Below are positions 28,560-38,918 of a stretch of 64,000 bases of DNA, in pieces. The stretch spans positions 1,310 to 65,309 of the forward strand of contig CAYZYT010000012.1 of assembly GCA_964482725.1 (NCBI GenBank), read 5' to 3'. The stretch's first letter is position 1. Each line of letters begins with the position of its first letter. The DNA comes from an uncultured bacterium (lineage in GTDB: Bacteria; Omnitrophota; Omnitrophia; Omnitrophales; Aquincolibacteriaceae). A model generated the notes under the pieces. The model saw nothing but the letters and a program-made list of their open reading frames with translations. It was not told the origin of the DNA and searched no databases. The position numbers and the translations under genes were made by a program.

Positions 28560-29897
28560 CTAAGGCTGGTAATACTGGGCGGGCTTGGAAAGATATTCCT
28601 GGTCGAGTTTTTTTCCAGGGTGATCATGAGGGTAGATGTAGCCCTTGCCGTGGCCGAGGTCTTTGGCGCCCGAATAGGCTGAGGACCGGAGATGCTGGGG
28701 CACCTGCTCGGTTTTCTGGTTCTGGACATCTTCCGTCGCACTCTCAATGGCCTTATAGCTGGCATTGCTCTTGGGGGCAAGCGCGAGGTAAGACACAACC
28801 TGCGCGAGAATGATGCGCGCTTCGGGCATACCGACAAACTCCACGGCCGTAAACCCGCTCGTCGCAAGGATCAATGCCTGGGGGTCCGCATTCCCAATGT
28901 CTTCGCTCGCGAAGATCACAAGACGCCGCACAATGAATCTCGGGTCCTCCCCCGCGTAAAGCATCTTGGCGAGCCAATAGATCGCGGCATTCACATCCGA
29001 ACCACGCAAACTCTTAATGAATGCGCTGATCGTATCGTAATGAAAATCCTCATCCCAGTCATATTGAACGATCTTTTTCTGGCATGATTCCTCAGCGACG
29101 GACGCCGTAAAATAAATAACACCCTTCTCATCCGGAGGCGTTGTCATCGCGCCCACGTCGAGCGCGTTCAGAGCTCTCCGCGCGTCGCCCGAGGCCTGCC
29201 TTGCGATGTGGTCAAGCGCCGCAGGATCAACCTCGATCTTGAGATTTCCAAGACCGCGCGCTTTATCTCCCAAGGCCCGATTCATAATGCGGATCAAATG
29301 AGATTCGTCATGCGGCTTTAGCTCGCAAACGATCGAGCGGGAAAGAAGCGGCCCTCGGATCGCGAAGGACGGATTCTGCGTTGTGGCGCCGATAAGAATG
29401 ATAACGCCGGACTCCACATCCGGCATCAGAATGTCCTGCTGGGCTTTGTTGAAACGATGGATCTCGTCAATAAAAAGAACGGTCTTGCGCTTAGAGCGCC
29501 TCAGAAGCTTCCGGGCCTCATCCTGGATCTTACGTATCTCCGCAACATTGGAGAGCACCGCATTGATCGAGACATAGCGAGCCGAGGTCGTGCGCGCAAT
29601 GACAAGCGCCAACGTGGTTTTACCGGTACCCGGAGGACCATAGAGAATAAGTGAGGAGAGACGGTCGGATTCCAAAGTTCTGCGGAGCAACTTTCCAGCG
29701 CCCAGAAGATGCTCCTGCCCCACGATATCGTCCAACGTGGCGGGCCGCATCCTGACCGCGAGCGGCGCATCCGGGGGGACTTGCAGGGAATCCTCCACCT
29801 CGGAGGAACCGAATAATTCGTCAGAAAACTCGGGAGAAGAATGGCGGAGGGCGGAGGGCGTCAAACCTTTTTCCTTTTGTTTTTCACCATCCTCCAT
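28560..29897 (-). CDS. rarA: Replication-associated recombination protein A (MgsA)
   Basis: [41 protein letters not shown] and SEDIGNADP motifs. Start is uncertain because it lies in heptamer repeats. Confidence 0.95.
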   Translation of the reverse strand: MEDGEKQKEKGLTPSALRHSSPEFSDELFGSSEVEDSLQVPPDAPLAVRMRPATLDDIVGQEHLLGAGKLLRRTLESDRLSSLILYGPPGTGKTTLALVIARTTSARYVSINAVLSNVAEIRKIQDEARKLLRRSKRKTVLFIDEIHRFNKAQQDILMPDVESGVIILIGATTQNPSFAIRGPLLSRSIVCELKPHDESHLIRIMNRALGDKARGLGNLKIEVDPAALDHIARQASGDARRALNALDVGAMTTPPDEKGVIYFTASVAEESCQKKIVQYDWDEDFHYDTISAFIKSLRGSDVNAAIYWLAKMLYAGEDPRFIVRRLVIFASEDIGNADPQALILATSGFTAVEFVGMPEARIILAQVVSYLALAPKSNASYKAIESATEDVQNQKTEQVPQHLRSSAYSGAKDLGHGKGYIYPHDHPGKKLDQEYLSKPAQYYQP

Positions 29898-29915
29898 CCA
29901 CCATCCTCCATCCGG

Positions 29916-31973
29916 TCAAGATTGAAAAGAGGCTTTGTGCTTTTCGACGAGCGTCTCCGCGATCTTCTCATGGATCTTCTGGACCTCGTCGGAGACAAGC
30001 GTTCGCTCGGGAGATTGATACACGACGCGGAACGCGAGATTCTTAAAACCTTCGGGGACACGCTTTCCTCGAAAAAGATCAAAAAGAGACACTTCCCGGA
30101 TCAGCCCTTGCCCCAACCCGCGGATCTCCCCCAATAAGTCCCCGCTTTTCACGGAATCCTTGACCACGATCGACAGGTCGCGTTCAATCGCCGGATATTT
30201 CGGCCACTCTTTGAACGCGCGGATCTTCTGCGCCTGCGGGAGAATTTTCTCGAGCGAGATCTCGGCATAGTAGACCGGTTCCTTCAGATCCCATTTCTCG
30301 AGAAGCTCATCAGAAACCTGTCCCATAAAAGCCAACGGCGTCTGCCACGTCCGAAGCTCCTCCGCAGTCCCTTCCAAGAAATAACTTTTTTGAAACTTTG
30401 CGACACAAAGGTCCTCGCATCCCGCATTTTTGAGGATCGCCTCGACGTAGCCCTTGAGATCAAAGAACGTAACGCTACGGGCCGCATCCAGCCACGTCTG
30501 CGTCGCCTTTTTCCCGTAAAGAGCGATCGCGCAAACACGTTCTTCCACGGGGTGCCTATGAACATCGGGCATGGAATAAACGTTCGCGATCTCGAACACC
30601 GGAATGGAGTCCGCGCCCGCATTCACGTTCTTCTGGATCACATTCAAAAGACTCGTAACGAGGGTCGGCCGCATCCAATGCAATCCGTGCTGGAGGGGGT
30701 TCACGATCTGAACGGCCTGCTTGAGGTCCTTCGCAGCATCGAGTCCTTCCCCGGAAATAAGGCTGAATGTGACGGTCTCGCAAAGCCCGGCCCCGCTCAA
30801 ATATTGTCGAACCTTACGCTCCAGGGAAAGCCGAGGGTTCTCGGCAAGCGAAACCGGCGGCCGCGCGGGAAGCGTTTCGGGGATATTGTCAAAACCGTAG
30901 ATCCGTGCGATCTCTTCGATGAGATCGATAGAACGCGTAAGATCCGCTCGAAATGACGGGATCCCCACTTTCAACACCCCTTCCGAATGAGGCTTTGCAT
31001 CAAGCCCAAGTCGGGTCAGGATCGATACGATCTGGCTGGGTTTGATCTCAACGCCGAGAACCTGCCTGACCTCATCAATTCGAAAATGAATCGTCTTCAC
31101 ATCCAGCTGAGGCTTCTCTCCGGCCTTGATCACCGCGCTGATATGGCGCGGCTTCGCATATTTCTGGATCAGCGCGAGGGCACGGCTCCGGCCCAAATCG
31201 ACGCCTTCCGGGTCCACACGACGCTCGAAGCGGTACGAGGAATCCGACGAGATCTGATGCGCATGCGAGGTCTTCCGAACGCGGCCGGGACTAAAGAAGG
31301 CCGATTCAAGAAAAACATTGCGCGTTTTATCACTGATCTCAGAATCTTTCCCCCCCATGACACCGGCCAAAGCCACAGCGCGATCGCTATCCGCGATCAA
31401 AAGGTCCTCGGTCTTGAGCTCGATCTCGGCGCCGTTAATGAGCGTGAATTTCTCGCCCTGCTTGGGCTTCCGAACCACGATCTCTTTCCCCCGGATCAGG
31501 TCCGCGTCAAAAGCATGGAGCGGCTGCCCGACTTCCATAAGCACATAATTCGTGATATCGACTATAAGATTAATGCTCCGGATCCCGCAGGCGAGGAGAC
31601 GGTTCACGATGAAATCCGGTGTTTTGGTCTCAGAGATCCCTTCGATCAACACGCCCGTATAATACGGACACCCGGCCGCGTCCTTGATCAGGATCTTCCA
31701 CCCTGGAGGGGGCATCCGACCGGCTTCCGGATCGACCCCGGGATTTTTTAAGGAAATATTCTCGACGGCTGCGATCTCTCGCGCCACGCCCCAATGAGAA
31801 AGCCAGTCCGGGCGGTTCGATGTAATCTCGATCTCAAAAAGAGTGTCCGAAGGATGGGCCAAGGCTTCACACTTCTTGACCTCGAGGCCGGCTAGAGTGA
31901 GCCGTTCCGCGATCCGCCCCACGGGAGGCGCAAGCTCCACAAAATCCTTCAACCAATTCGTACTGACTTTCAT
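29916..31973 (-). CDS. pheT: Phenylalanine--tRNA ligase beta subunit (short form)
   Basis: ITSNRPD, GQPLHAFD, SSYRFER, DLIEEIARIYG motifs and a C-terminal anticodon-binding domain. Confidence 0.96.
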   Translation of the reverse strand: MKVSTNWLKDFVELAPPVGRIAERLTLAGLEVKKCEALAHPSDTLFEIEITSNRPDWLSHWGVAREIAAVENISLKNPGVDPEAGRMPPPGWKILIKDAAGCPYYTGVLIEGISETKTPDFIVNRLLACGIRSINLIVDITNYVLMEVGQPLHAFDADLIRGKEIVVRKPKQGEKFTLINGAEIELKTEDLLIADSDRAVALAGVMGGKDSEISDKTRNVFLESAFFSPGRVRKTSHAHQISSDSSYRFERRVDPEGVDLGRSRALALIQKYAKPRHISAVIKAGEKPQLDVKTIHFRIDEVRQVLGVEIKPSQIVSILTRLGLDAKPHSEGVLKVGIPSFRADLTRSIDLIEEIARIYGFDNIPETLPARPPVSLAENPRLSLERKVRQYLSGAGLCETVTFSLISGEGLDAAKDLKQAVQIVNPLQHGLHWMRPTLVTSLLNVIQKNVNAGADSIPVFEIANVYSMPDVHRHPVEERVCAIALYGKKATQTWLDAARSVTFFDLKGYVEAILKNAGCEDLCVAKFQKSYFLEGTAEELRTWQTPLAFMGQVSDELLEKWDLKEPVYYAEISLEKILPQAQKIRAFKEWPKYPAIERDLSIVVKDSVKSGDLLGEIRGLGQGLIREVSLFDLFRGKRVPEGFKNLAFRVVYQSPERTLVSDEVQKIHEKIAETLVEKHKASFQS

Positions 31974-32944
31974 GCGAATTGCCTCAAAAATCTCAGATCA
32001 TTCTCATAAAAATGACGTATATCGTTAATGCCATGTCGCAGCATCGCGATACGCTCCACGCCCAATCCGAACGCAAAGCCTTTCACAACATTCTTGTCAT
32101 AGCCGACTTCCTCAAAAACATTTGGATCGACGCTTCCTGCGCCTAAGATCTCAAGCCATCCCTTGCCCCACTGGATATCGATCTCGACACTAGGTTCCGT
32201 GAAAGGAAAAAAATGCGGGCGAAAACGTATCTTGGTCTGAGAGCCAAAGAGGTCCCTCAAGAAAAGATGGAGCACCCCTTTGAGATCGCTAAAGGTCACC
32301 CGATCATCGACCATCAAGCCTTCGATCTGGTGGAACATGAACGAATGGCTCGCATCGACGGTGTCGGGGCGATACACACGGCCCGGGGCAATGATCTGAA
32401 GCGGCGGCTTCCGTTCTTTCATCACCCGGATCTGAACCGTAGAAGTTTGGGAGCGCAGCAACTGGCCTTGCGTCGTGTAAAAAGTGTCGAAACCATCGCG
32501 CGAAGGATGATCGAGCGGTATATTAAGAGCTGTAAAATTATGAAATTCGGTCTCGATCTCCGGGCCTTCCACAGTCTCGAAGCCCATGCGGCTGAAGACG
32601 CTCGAGATCTCCTGGATCGTTTGTTGAAGAAGATGAATACTGCCCTGCGGGGGCCGGATACCGGGAAGCGTCTCGTCAAAGATCTCCAAGGATGCTTTTA
32701 CTTTGGGAGCCTTATGACGGAATTCTTCGACCGAGGACTCGAGCCACTGCTTGACGCGGTTGAGCTCAGCCCCTACTGATTTTTTTTCTTCCGGGGCAAC
32801 ATCCCCCAGCTTTTTGAAAAGCTCGGTCAGCTTGCCTTTTTTCCCGAGATAAGCCACACGGAAAAGCTCGACCTTTTCCATGGAATCGATATGGGAAAGG
32901 TCTTCACGAGCTTCCTTTTCAATGCGGCTGATCTGGTCTTTCAT
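31970..32944 (-). CDS. pheS: Phenylalanine--tRNA ligase alpha subunit
   Basis: HPSRD, LRSQTS, FHQIEG, FPFTEPS and GFAFGLGVER motifs; start set at MKDQ. Confidence 0.97.
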   Translation of the reverse strand: MKDQISRIEKEAREDLSHIDSMEKVELFRVAYLGKKGKLTELFKKLGDVAPEEKKSVGAELNRVKQWLESSVEEFRHKAPKVKASLEIFDETLPGIRPPQGSIHLLQQTIQEISSVFSRMGFETVEGPEIETEFHNFTALNIPLDHPSRDGFDTFYTTQGQLLRSQTSTVQIRVMKERKPPLQIIAPGRVYRPDTVDASHSFMFHQIEGLMVDDRVTFSDLKGVLHLFLRDLFGSQTKIRFRPHFFPFTEPSVEIDIQWGKGWLEILGAGSVDPNVFEEVGYDKNVVKGFAFGLGVERIAMLRHGINDIRHFYENDLRFLRQFA

Positions 32945-33018
32945 CGGGCATCCTCTAACAGCACAACACCCGGTGATGGCCCCAACGGCCGCCACCGGGT
33001 GTTTGCCAGAAAGGTTTC

Positions 33019-33378
33019 TTAGGAATTCTTGACGGTCTTGACGAGCTTCACGATCTCTTGAAAAGTCTTCTCGTCGCGCGCCGCGATTTCCGCGAGCGAT
33101 TTCCGGTTAAGACGGATCTTCGCCTTCAAGAGCGCGTTGATAAACCTGGAATACGACATCCCTCCGGCACGACACGCGGCGTTGATACGGGCGTTCCAGA
33201 GTGCGCGGAAATGACGCTTGCGCTGCTTGCGGTCACGGGTGGCGAAGGCCATCGCGCGAGCGACGGTTTCTTTCGCGGTCCGCAGCAAATTGCCGCGTCC
33301 CCCGACAAAGCCCTTGGCGCGCTTGAATATCTTCTTCTTCCGTTTTTTTGAAGCGACTGAGTTCGTTGCTCTTGGCAT
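33019..33378 (-). CDS. rplT: 50S ribosomal protein L20
   Basis: RDRKQRKRHFRALWNARINAA and LNRKSLAEIA motifs. Confidence 0.97.
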   Translation of the reverse strand: MPRATNSVASKKRKKKIFKRAKGFVGGRGNLLRTAKETVARAMAFATRDRKQRKRHFRALWNARINAACRAGGMSYSRFINALLKAKIRLNRKSLAEIAARDEKTFQEIVKLVKTVKNS

Positions 33379-33513
33379 AAAACACTCCCATTTTGACTAG
33401 CCCTTGTCCACCATCTTAAAAAATAAAATCGAGGATAAGGACAGTACTGTTAACCCATTCAATTTAATTAAAAACAGTGCTAGCTCAAACAGTTCAAACC
33501 GTTTCCAAGAAGA

Positions 33514-33714
33514 TCACTGGTTGTAAGGCATGGAAAACTTGATCGCGCGGACGTGCATCTTCTCAACCTGCAACTTGCCCCGGGACTGACGTTTTGATTT
33601 CGGGCTGCGATCGGTCATCATATGGCGGCGCTTGGTTCTGTTGGCCATGACCTTCCCGGTCTTTGTAATACGATAACGCTTTTGCATAGCTTTCTTCGTT
33701 TTAATCTTTGGCAT
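33514..33714 (-). CDS. rpmI: 50S ribosomal protein L35
   Basis: MPKIKTKK...KRYRITKTGKV; located between infC and rplT. Confidence 0.93.
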   Translation of the reverse strand: MPKIKTKKAMQKRYRITKTGKVMANRTKRRHMMTDRSPKSKRQSRGKLQVEKMHVRAIKFSMPYNQ

Positions 33715-33732
33715 AACGGTTCCTTTATCCTG

Positions 33733-34329
33733 TTATTCTGTCTTCGCCGGCGGAGCACTGGGGTTCACCGGGACTGTTGATGAAGCGGGCACCACTTCTT
33801 TTTTCTTCACGGGCGCGATCTTGGCCAGATAGAGCATGATCGCCTTCCCTTCCAACCCGTCATTGCGTTCCACCATCGCGATATCCGCGAGGTCCTGAAC
33901 AAAACGGGCCACAAGCTTACGTCCCTTGTCCACATACACGATCTCGCGACCCCGAAAGAACACCACAAGCTTGACCTTGTCCCCGCGCTCAATGAACCGG
34001 CGCGCGTTACGGAGCTTGGTCTGGTAGTCGTTTTCGTCGATCTTCGTGGTCATCTTGACCTCTTTAATATCGATCGTCTTCTGCTTCTTGCGAGACTCCT
34101 TTTCCTTCCGTCCGAGCGTGTAAAGATATTTCCCGAGATCCATGATACGGCAAACAGGAGGGACGGTCGTTCCTGCGACTTCGACCAAATCCAATCCCGC
34201 TTCCTGCGCGCGTGCCAACCCATCCTGCGGCGTCACGATGCCGAACTGTTCCCCGGCAGCCCCGATCAACCGGATCTGCGCTGCACGGATGCGCTCATTA
34301 GCACGAACTTTTTGTGGACTGAGTGACAA
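33733..34329 (-). CDS. infC: Translation initiation factor IF-3
   Basis: NERIRA, LDLVEVA, PPVCRIMD and GDKVK...FRGRE motifs; TTG start after AAGGAGG. Confidence 0.96.
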   Translation of the reverse strand: MSLSPQKVRANERIRAAQIRLIGAAGEQFGIVTPQDGLARAQEAGLDLVEVAGTTVPPVCRIMDLGKYLYTLGRKEKESRKKQKTIDIKEVKMTTKIDENDYQTKLRNARRFIERGDKVKLVVFFRGREIVYVDKGRKLVARFVQDLADIAMVERNDGLEGKAIMLYLAKIAPVKKKEVVPASSTVPVNPSAPPAKTE

Positions 34330-34353
34330 TGCTCCTCCTTGTGGGTTGAAAGA

Positions 34354-36081
34354 TTACTTCCTTTGCGAGATCTCTTGTTTGATCCGCTCGATCATCGCAT
34401 TCAGCTCCTGGGAACCCAGGTCCTGACGCCCGCGCATGCGGACCGCGATCTGTTGCGTTTCTATTTCTTTGTCCCCCAAAACAAAAACATAAGGGATCTT
34501 CATCATTTCCGCCTCGCGGATCTTATAGCCGATCTTTTCGGTCCGAAGATCCGATTCAACGCGAAGGCCTTCGTTCCTAAGCGTTTCAACCAGTTTCTGG
34601 GCATATTCGTTATGCCGTTCCGCGATCGTCATCACCCGGACTTGGACCGGGGAAAGCCAGAGTGGAAAAGCGCCGGCGTAATGCTCAATCAAAATGCCAA
34701 TAAAGCGTTCGAGACTTCCCAGGATCGCGCGGTGTAGCATGATCACGCGATGGTCTTGTCCATCCACGCCGGTATAATTCAGATCAAAACGCTCCGGCAT
34801 GCCCATATCGAGCTGGATCGTTCCGCACTGGAGCGTCCGCCCGATAGCATCCTTCAAATGAAAATCGATCTTCGGCCCATAAAAAGCGCCGTCACCCTCG
34901 TTAACCTTATAGGGGATTTTAAGCTCTTCCAGAGCATTCCGAAGCCCCGTCGTCGCTATCTCCCACTGTTCGTCCGTCCCGGTCGACTTGGCTGGCCGCG
35001 TTGAGAGCTCCACATGATAATCAAAATCAAAGGTTTTGTATACTTCATCCGTAAAGTGAATAGCCTCCACGACACTCGCCTGCAAGGCCTCGGGAGATGT
35101 AAAAATGTGCGCATCATCCTGCGTAAACCCACGCACACGAAAAAGCCCGGCCAACACGCCGGAACGTTCATACCGGTGCACCTTGCCAAACTCCGCCACC
35201 TTCAGAGGCAGCTCGCGATAGGAATGCTTCTCTTCTTTATACATCAACATCCCGCCCGGACAGTTCATGGGCTTTAAGGCATAAACTTCTTCATCTCGCT
35301 CCAGAAAGAACATGTTCTCCCGATAGTTGTCCCAGTGGCCTGAAGTCCGCCAGAGCTTATCCCTCAGAATCGTCGGGGTTTCAATCTCGGTATATCCGTA
35401 CGCCGAAAGTTTTTCGCGCATGAAAGCGATCAAAAGATTCTTGAGAACCAACCCCTTGGGCTTCCAGAACGGCAGGCCCGGACCTTCCTCATGAAAACTG
35501 AAAAGTCCAAGCTGTTTTCCTACTTTTCGGTGATCACGCTTCTGCGCCTCTTCGATCCGGGTGATATAAGCATCCAACTCTTTCTGGGACGGGAAAGCCG
35601 TTCCATAGATGCGCTGCAACATAGGATTCTTCTCATTCCCGCGCCAATAAGCCCCCGCCACAGAGAGAAGTTTGAACGCCTTGAGCTCGTCGGTATTCAT
35701 TACATGCCCGCCTTCGCAAAGGTCGGTAAACGGCCCATTCTGCACAAAGTTGACCGTATCCCCGGAGATCCCCTCGATGATCTCGAGCTTGTAATTCTCC
35801 TGCTTTTCCTTAAAGATCTTGCAAGCTTCGTCTTTCGTGACAGACCATTGTTTGAACGCCTGGCGCTCATTCACGATCTCACGCATCCTCTTTTCGATCT
35901 TCGGAAGATCCTCGTCCTGGAACGCCGTCTTCGAATCGAAGTCATAGTAAAACCCGTCATCGATCACAGGACCTATGGCAAGCTTGGTTCCGGGATAAAG
36001 GTCAAGGACAGCTTGGGCGAGAACGTGGGATGCGGAATGCCGCAGCCGATAGAGCGGCTCGTATTTCTTATCGTCTGACAT
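34354..36081 (-). CDS. thrS: Threonine--tRNA ligase (no N-terminal TGS domain)
   Basis: RHSASH, DLCEGGH, RDHRK, KPMNCP, FYGPKID and HRAILGSLERF motifs. Confidence 0.97.
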   Translation of the reverse strand: MSDDKKYEPLYRLRHSASHVLAQAVLDLYPGTKLAIGPVIDDGFYYDFDSKTAFQDEDLPKIEKRMREIVNERQAFKQWSVTKDEACKIFKEKQENYKLEIIEGISGDTVNFVQNGPFTDLCEGGHVMNTDELKAFKLLSVAGAYWRGNEKNPMLQRIYGTAFPSQKELDAYITRIEEAQKRDHRKVGKQLGLFSFHEEGPGLPFWKPKGLVLKNLLIAFMREKLSAYGYTEIETPTILRDKLWRTSGHWDNYRENMFFLERDEEVYALKPMNCPGGMLMYKEEKHSYRELPLKVAEFGKVHRYERSGVLAGLFRVRGFTQDDAHIFTSPEALQASVVEAIHFTDEVYKTFDFDYHVELSTRPAKSTGTDEQWEIATTGLRNALEELKIPYKVNEGDGAFYGPKIDFHLKDAIGRTLQCGTIQLDMGMPERFDLNYTGVDGQDHRVIMLHRAILGSLERFIGILIEHYAGAFPLWLSPVQVRVMTIAERHNEYAQKLVETLRNEGLRVESDLRTEKIGYKIREAEMMKIPYVFVLGDKEIETQQIAVRMRGRQDLGSQELNAMIERIKQEISQRK

Positions 36082-36253
36082 GCTGAGTCATGATTCTTTT
36101 TCTATCCTTGTTATTTATTCTTTTTCTAAATGGTTGACAAGGATTGCCCCATCCCGCCTATGTGGCGGCGGGATGATAAGAACTGGGACTCAGTCCTTGC
36201 TGTCTCGTAAAATAAAACCTGATTTTCCTTCCGATGCCATTTCCACAAGGAAA

Positions 36254-36330
36254 TGGCGGGGCCGACGGGGCTCGAACCCGCAACCTCCGGATCGACAGTC
36301 CGGAGCTCTAACCAATTGAGCTACAGCCCC
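36254..36330 (-). tRNA. tRNA-Asp (GTC), CCA encoded
   Basis: Cloverleaf GGGGCTGTAGCTCAATTGGTTAGAGC...CTGTCGA...GGTTCGAGCCCCGTCGGCCCCGCCA. Confidence 0.96.
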
Positions 36331-36389
36331 ACAAAGATGGGGGATAAAAAACAACGCTACGCAGAAACATGCGCCTCACGAAGAGCGGT

Positions 36390-36418
36390 ATTCTATAAGG
36401 AGAAACGAACTATCTCAA
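36390..36418 (-). promoter_or_regulatory. Probable sigma70 promoter for tRNA-Asp
   Basis: TTGAGA-N17-TAGAAT on the minus strand, ~60 nt upstream of the tRNA. Confidence 0.55.
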
Positions 36419-36522
36419 GAGAAAATTCAAACAAAGATAGGGCCGACCCTGATTCTCGTTCATGAACAAAACAACGGATCATCAGGATCGTCCAGATCGC
36501 CATCCTAAAAAGAACATAACTC

Positions 36523-36628
36523 TGGGCGATGAGGGATTCGGCGCCTGCCGCTACGCTTCAGGTCGGCCACCCGCCCAACAAGCATGACATCAGGTCATAC
36601 TTGTCTGATGGGCTCCTTTCGAATCCCC
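36523..36628 (-). repeat. tRNA-linked structured element, copy 2, ending in the duplicated 3' 18 nt of tRNA-Val
   Basis: 36523-36540 equals 36667-36684. Shares a 21-nt core and the stem layout with 2140-2255. Confidence 0.8.
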
Positions 36629-36666
36629 TTTAGGCCAAATCACCTTTCAATAAAAGAAAATAGATT

Positions 36667-36740
36667 TGGGCGATGAGGGATTCGAACCCCCGACCCTCTC
36701 CGTGTAAAGGAGATGCTCTAACCAACTGAGCTAATCGCCC
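36667..36740 (-). tRNA. tRNA-Val (TAC), CCA not encoded
   Basis: GGGCGATTAGCTCAGTTGGTTAGAGCATCTCCTTTACACGGAGAGGGTCGGGGGTTCGAATCCCTCATCGCCCA. Confidence 0.96.
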
Positions 36741-36788
36741 GCAAACATAAGATCCCCCAAAACTACTAACTATCTTTTTTATGCCACA

Positions 36789-36984
36789 GGATTCCCAGCC
36801 ACAAAGCGCTGGCGGGTCCGTCCGACAGCGCTTTGCGGACAGGTCCGCCGCGCTGTTTGGCGGAGAACCCCCGACCCTCTCCGTGTAAAGGACCTGCCTC
36901 GGGCAGGTAACCCACTGTCCGCCTTCGGCTCTGCCGAAGGACGGATCCGTCCTCGTCCACAGACGAGGCGGAAGCTAATCGCCC
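36789..36984 (-). pseudogene. tRNA-Val copy interrupted by three palindromic insertions
   Basis: Colinear blocks matching tRNA-Val are separated by inserts at 36795-36864, 36893-36907 and 36918-36972. The 3' acceptor strand is missing. Confidence 0.8.
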
Positions 36985-38033
36985 GCAAAGGTGTTGATCC
37001 TCTGGATCAGCTTGTTGAGATTAGCGAAAATGTCCTTTTTGAAAAAAAACGCGATCCTTGTGAGGTGAAACGTATAGGGAACATTGCGTTCCTCTTCATA
37101 AGGCTTCAGTGATTGGGTGAACTTCCCCTTTTTGAGAAGATGCTTGAATTCCTGATTCAGCTGATCCATTTGTTTGTCCGTCAGAGGCTTCTCGATGCGC
37201 AAAATCAAGAGGTCCCGGATATAGCGCATCGAATGATACATCTTATAAAAATCCGTGACGTACTTGACCGCATCGATCGGATCATGGGTCGGGTACATCA
37301 AACCCAGATCTTCTTCGTGGATCAGGCTCTGTTTCAGCAGCTGCTTCTTGAGGAAATCAAAGAAATCGATCCAATAGGTAGACCCCGGCGCGTCCAGACA
37401 TACGATGGGGCGAGGTTCCGTCTTCCCGGTCTGGATCAAGGTCAGGGACTCAAAACCTTCATCATGCGTCCCAAACCCGCCTGGGCACAAGACTGTCGCA
37501 TGAGATTCCCGGAGGAACATAAGCTTTCGTGTGAAGAAATACTTGAAGGTCATCAGCTTCGGATCCTGAAGCAGCACAGGATTGGCTTCCTGCTCAAACG
37601 GAAGCTGAATGTTCAACCCGAAACTTTTCTTACGCCCCGCGCCTTCATTGCCCGCCTGCATGATCCCCGAGGCGGCGCCCGTAATGACCATCCAATTCTT
37701 TTTTACAATCTCCCTCGCAAATTTTTCAGCTATTTGAAAATCAGGAGAACTTCGCGGGGTACGCGCGGATCCAAAAAGCGCCACCTTACGGACAGAGCGA
37801 AACGGCTCAAAGACCTTGAAACTTTGCCGAAGTTCTTTCATCGCGGTATTCAGCATCTTCATATCCCCGCGATCAAGTTTGTCCATATGGGCCTTGAGGG
37901 CGGTCACGATGAGTTCTTCGGCAAGATCCGCATTCACCCCGGGTCCCGCCTGGTGGATCAGCTCATGAATGAGCTGGTCCATTTTTAGATTTCCGGTCTG
38001 ATAGATTTCATGCTTCTTGAAAAAATCTTCCAT
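36975..38033 (-). CDS. LOG family (TIGR00730-like) nucleotide phosphoribohydrolase
   Basis: FGSAR, LPFEQ, FKYFFTRK and PGGFGTHDE motifs. Confidence 0.9.
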   Translation of the reverse strand: MEDFFKKHEIYQTGNLKMDQLIHELIHQAGPGVNADLAEELIVTALKAHMDKLDRGDMKMLNTAMKELRQSFKVFEPFRSVRKVALFGSARTPRSSPDFQIAEKFAREIVKKNWMVITGAASGIMQAGNEGAGRKKSFGLNIQLPFEQEANPVLLQDPKLMTFKYFFTRKLMFLRESHATVLCPGGFGTHDEGFESLTLIQTGKTEPRPIVCLDAPGSTYWIDFFDFLKKQLLKQSLIHEEDLGLMYPTHDPIDAVKYVTDFYKMYHSMRYIRDLLILRIEKPLTDKQMDQLNQEFKHLLKKGKFTQSLKPYEEERNVPYTFHLTRIAFFFKKDIFANLNKLIQRINTFAGD

Positions 38034-38194
38034 CAGGACTTGTTCTCCATTGAATTCTAAGGGTTAACCGTACGGCCCAAGTCTTTGTTCCATTTTACTA
38101 AGGCTGACTTGGACGGCACTGATTTCCGATAATTTATTTAGCAAAAATCAAGGGCTGTACCGCCGACCCCTATCATTTTAAATGTTATGCGGTA

Positions 38195-38890
38195 CTAGTC
38201 ACCGATCCGGATCTGAAGGATCAAATCTCCGGGATGATGACAGGTGGGACAATCCCTCCCCTGGCGCGCCAAACGGAGTTTCTGGCCTTCATGCGTATTC
38301 ACCGGGATCTTCACCGAGATCGTCTGACCTTCGGGCGTCTTGAACATCACGCTCCCGCCCTCCTTGGCTTTTTTCTTTGAGATCTTCAGATTCACAACGA
38401 CATCCGCGGACTCCTGAGCGGTGGGTCGCGGCATCTGTCCGTAGGCATCCTCATCCTCATAAGGATCCTGCCGCGGCACTCCGGAAGAATAAACACGGAA
38501 TGGCCCGGCCCCACCCCCTCCGCCTCCTGAAAAAAGATCACCAAAAATATCTGAAAACGCGGAATAGCGCCCGCCTCCGCGAGCCCGTCCTCCGGAAGAA
38601 TATTGTCGCAGAAGATCCTCGAAATTGAACCCCTGGGACCCCGCAAAATTCCCGGGATTCCCTCCCCCAAACTTACGCATCTGGTCATATTGCGCGCGCC
38701 GCTTCTCATCGCTTAAGACATAATAGGCTTCCGAGATCTCCTTAAATTTCGCCTCCGCTTGCTTGGCATTTCCAGGATTCTTGTCCGGATGATACTTCAC
38801 GGCAAGCTTACGATAAACCTTCTTAAGCTCGTCCGAGGCAATAGACTCTGGCACTCCGAGCGCTTTATAGTAATCTTTCTGAGCAGGCAT
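38195..38890 (-). CDS. DnaJ-class (CbpA-like) co-chaperone
   Basis: J domain with HPD, a G/F-rich linker and a single C-terminal domain; no zinc finger. Confidence 0.9.
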   Translation of the reverse strand: MPAQKDYYKALGVPESIASDELKKVYRKLAVKYHPDKNPGNAKQAEAKFKEISEAYYVLSDEKRRAQYDQMRKFGGGNPGNFAGSQGFNFEDLLRQYSSGGRARGGGRYSAFSDIFGDLFSGGGGGGAGPFRVYSSGVPRQDPYEDEDAYGQMPRPTAQESADVVVNLKISKKKAKEGGSVMFKTPEGQTISVKIPVNTHEGQKLRLARQGRDCPTCHHPGDLILQIRIGD

Positions 38891-38918
38891 ACGTTTTATC
38901 CTTATAAAAGATACCCAC

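Noticed and set aside
36789-36984. Intron-containing functional tRNA-Val
   Set aside because: The 3' acceptor strand is missing, one insert replaces D-stem bases, and there are no group I/II intron features.
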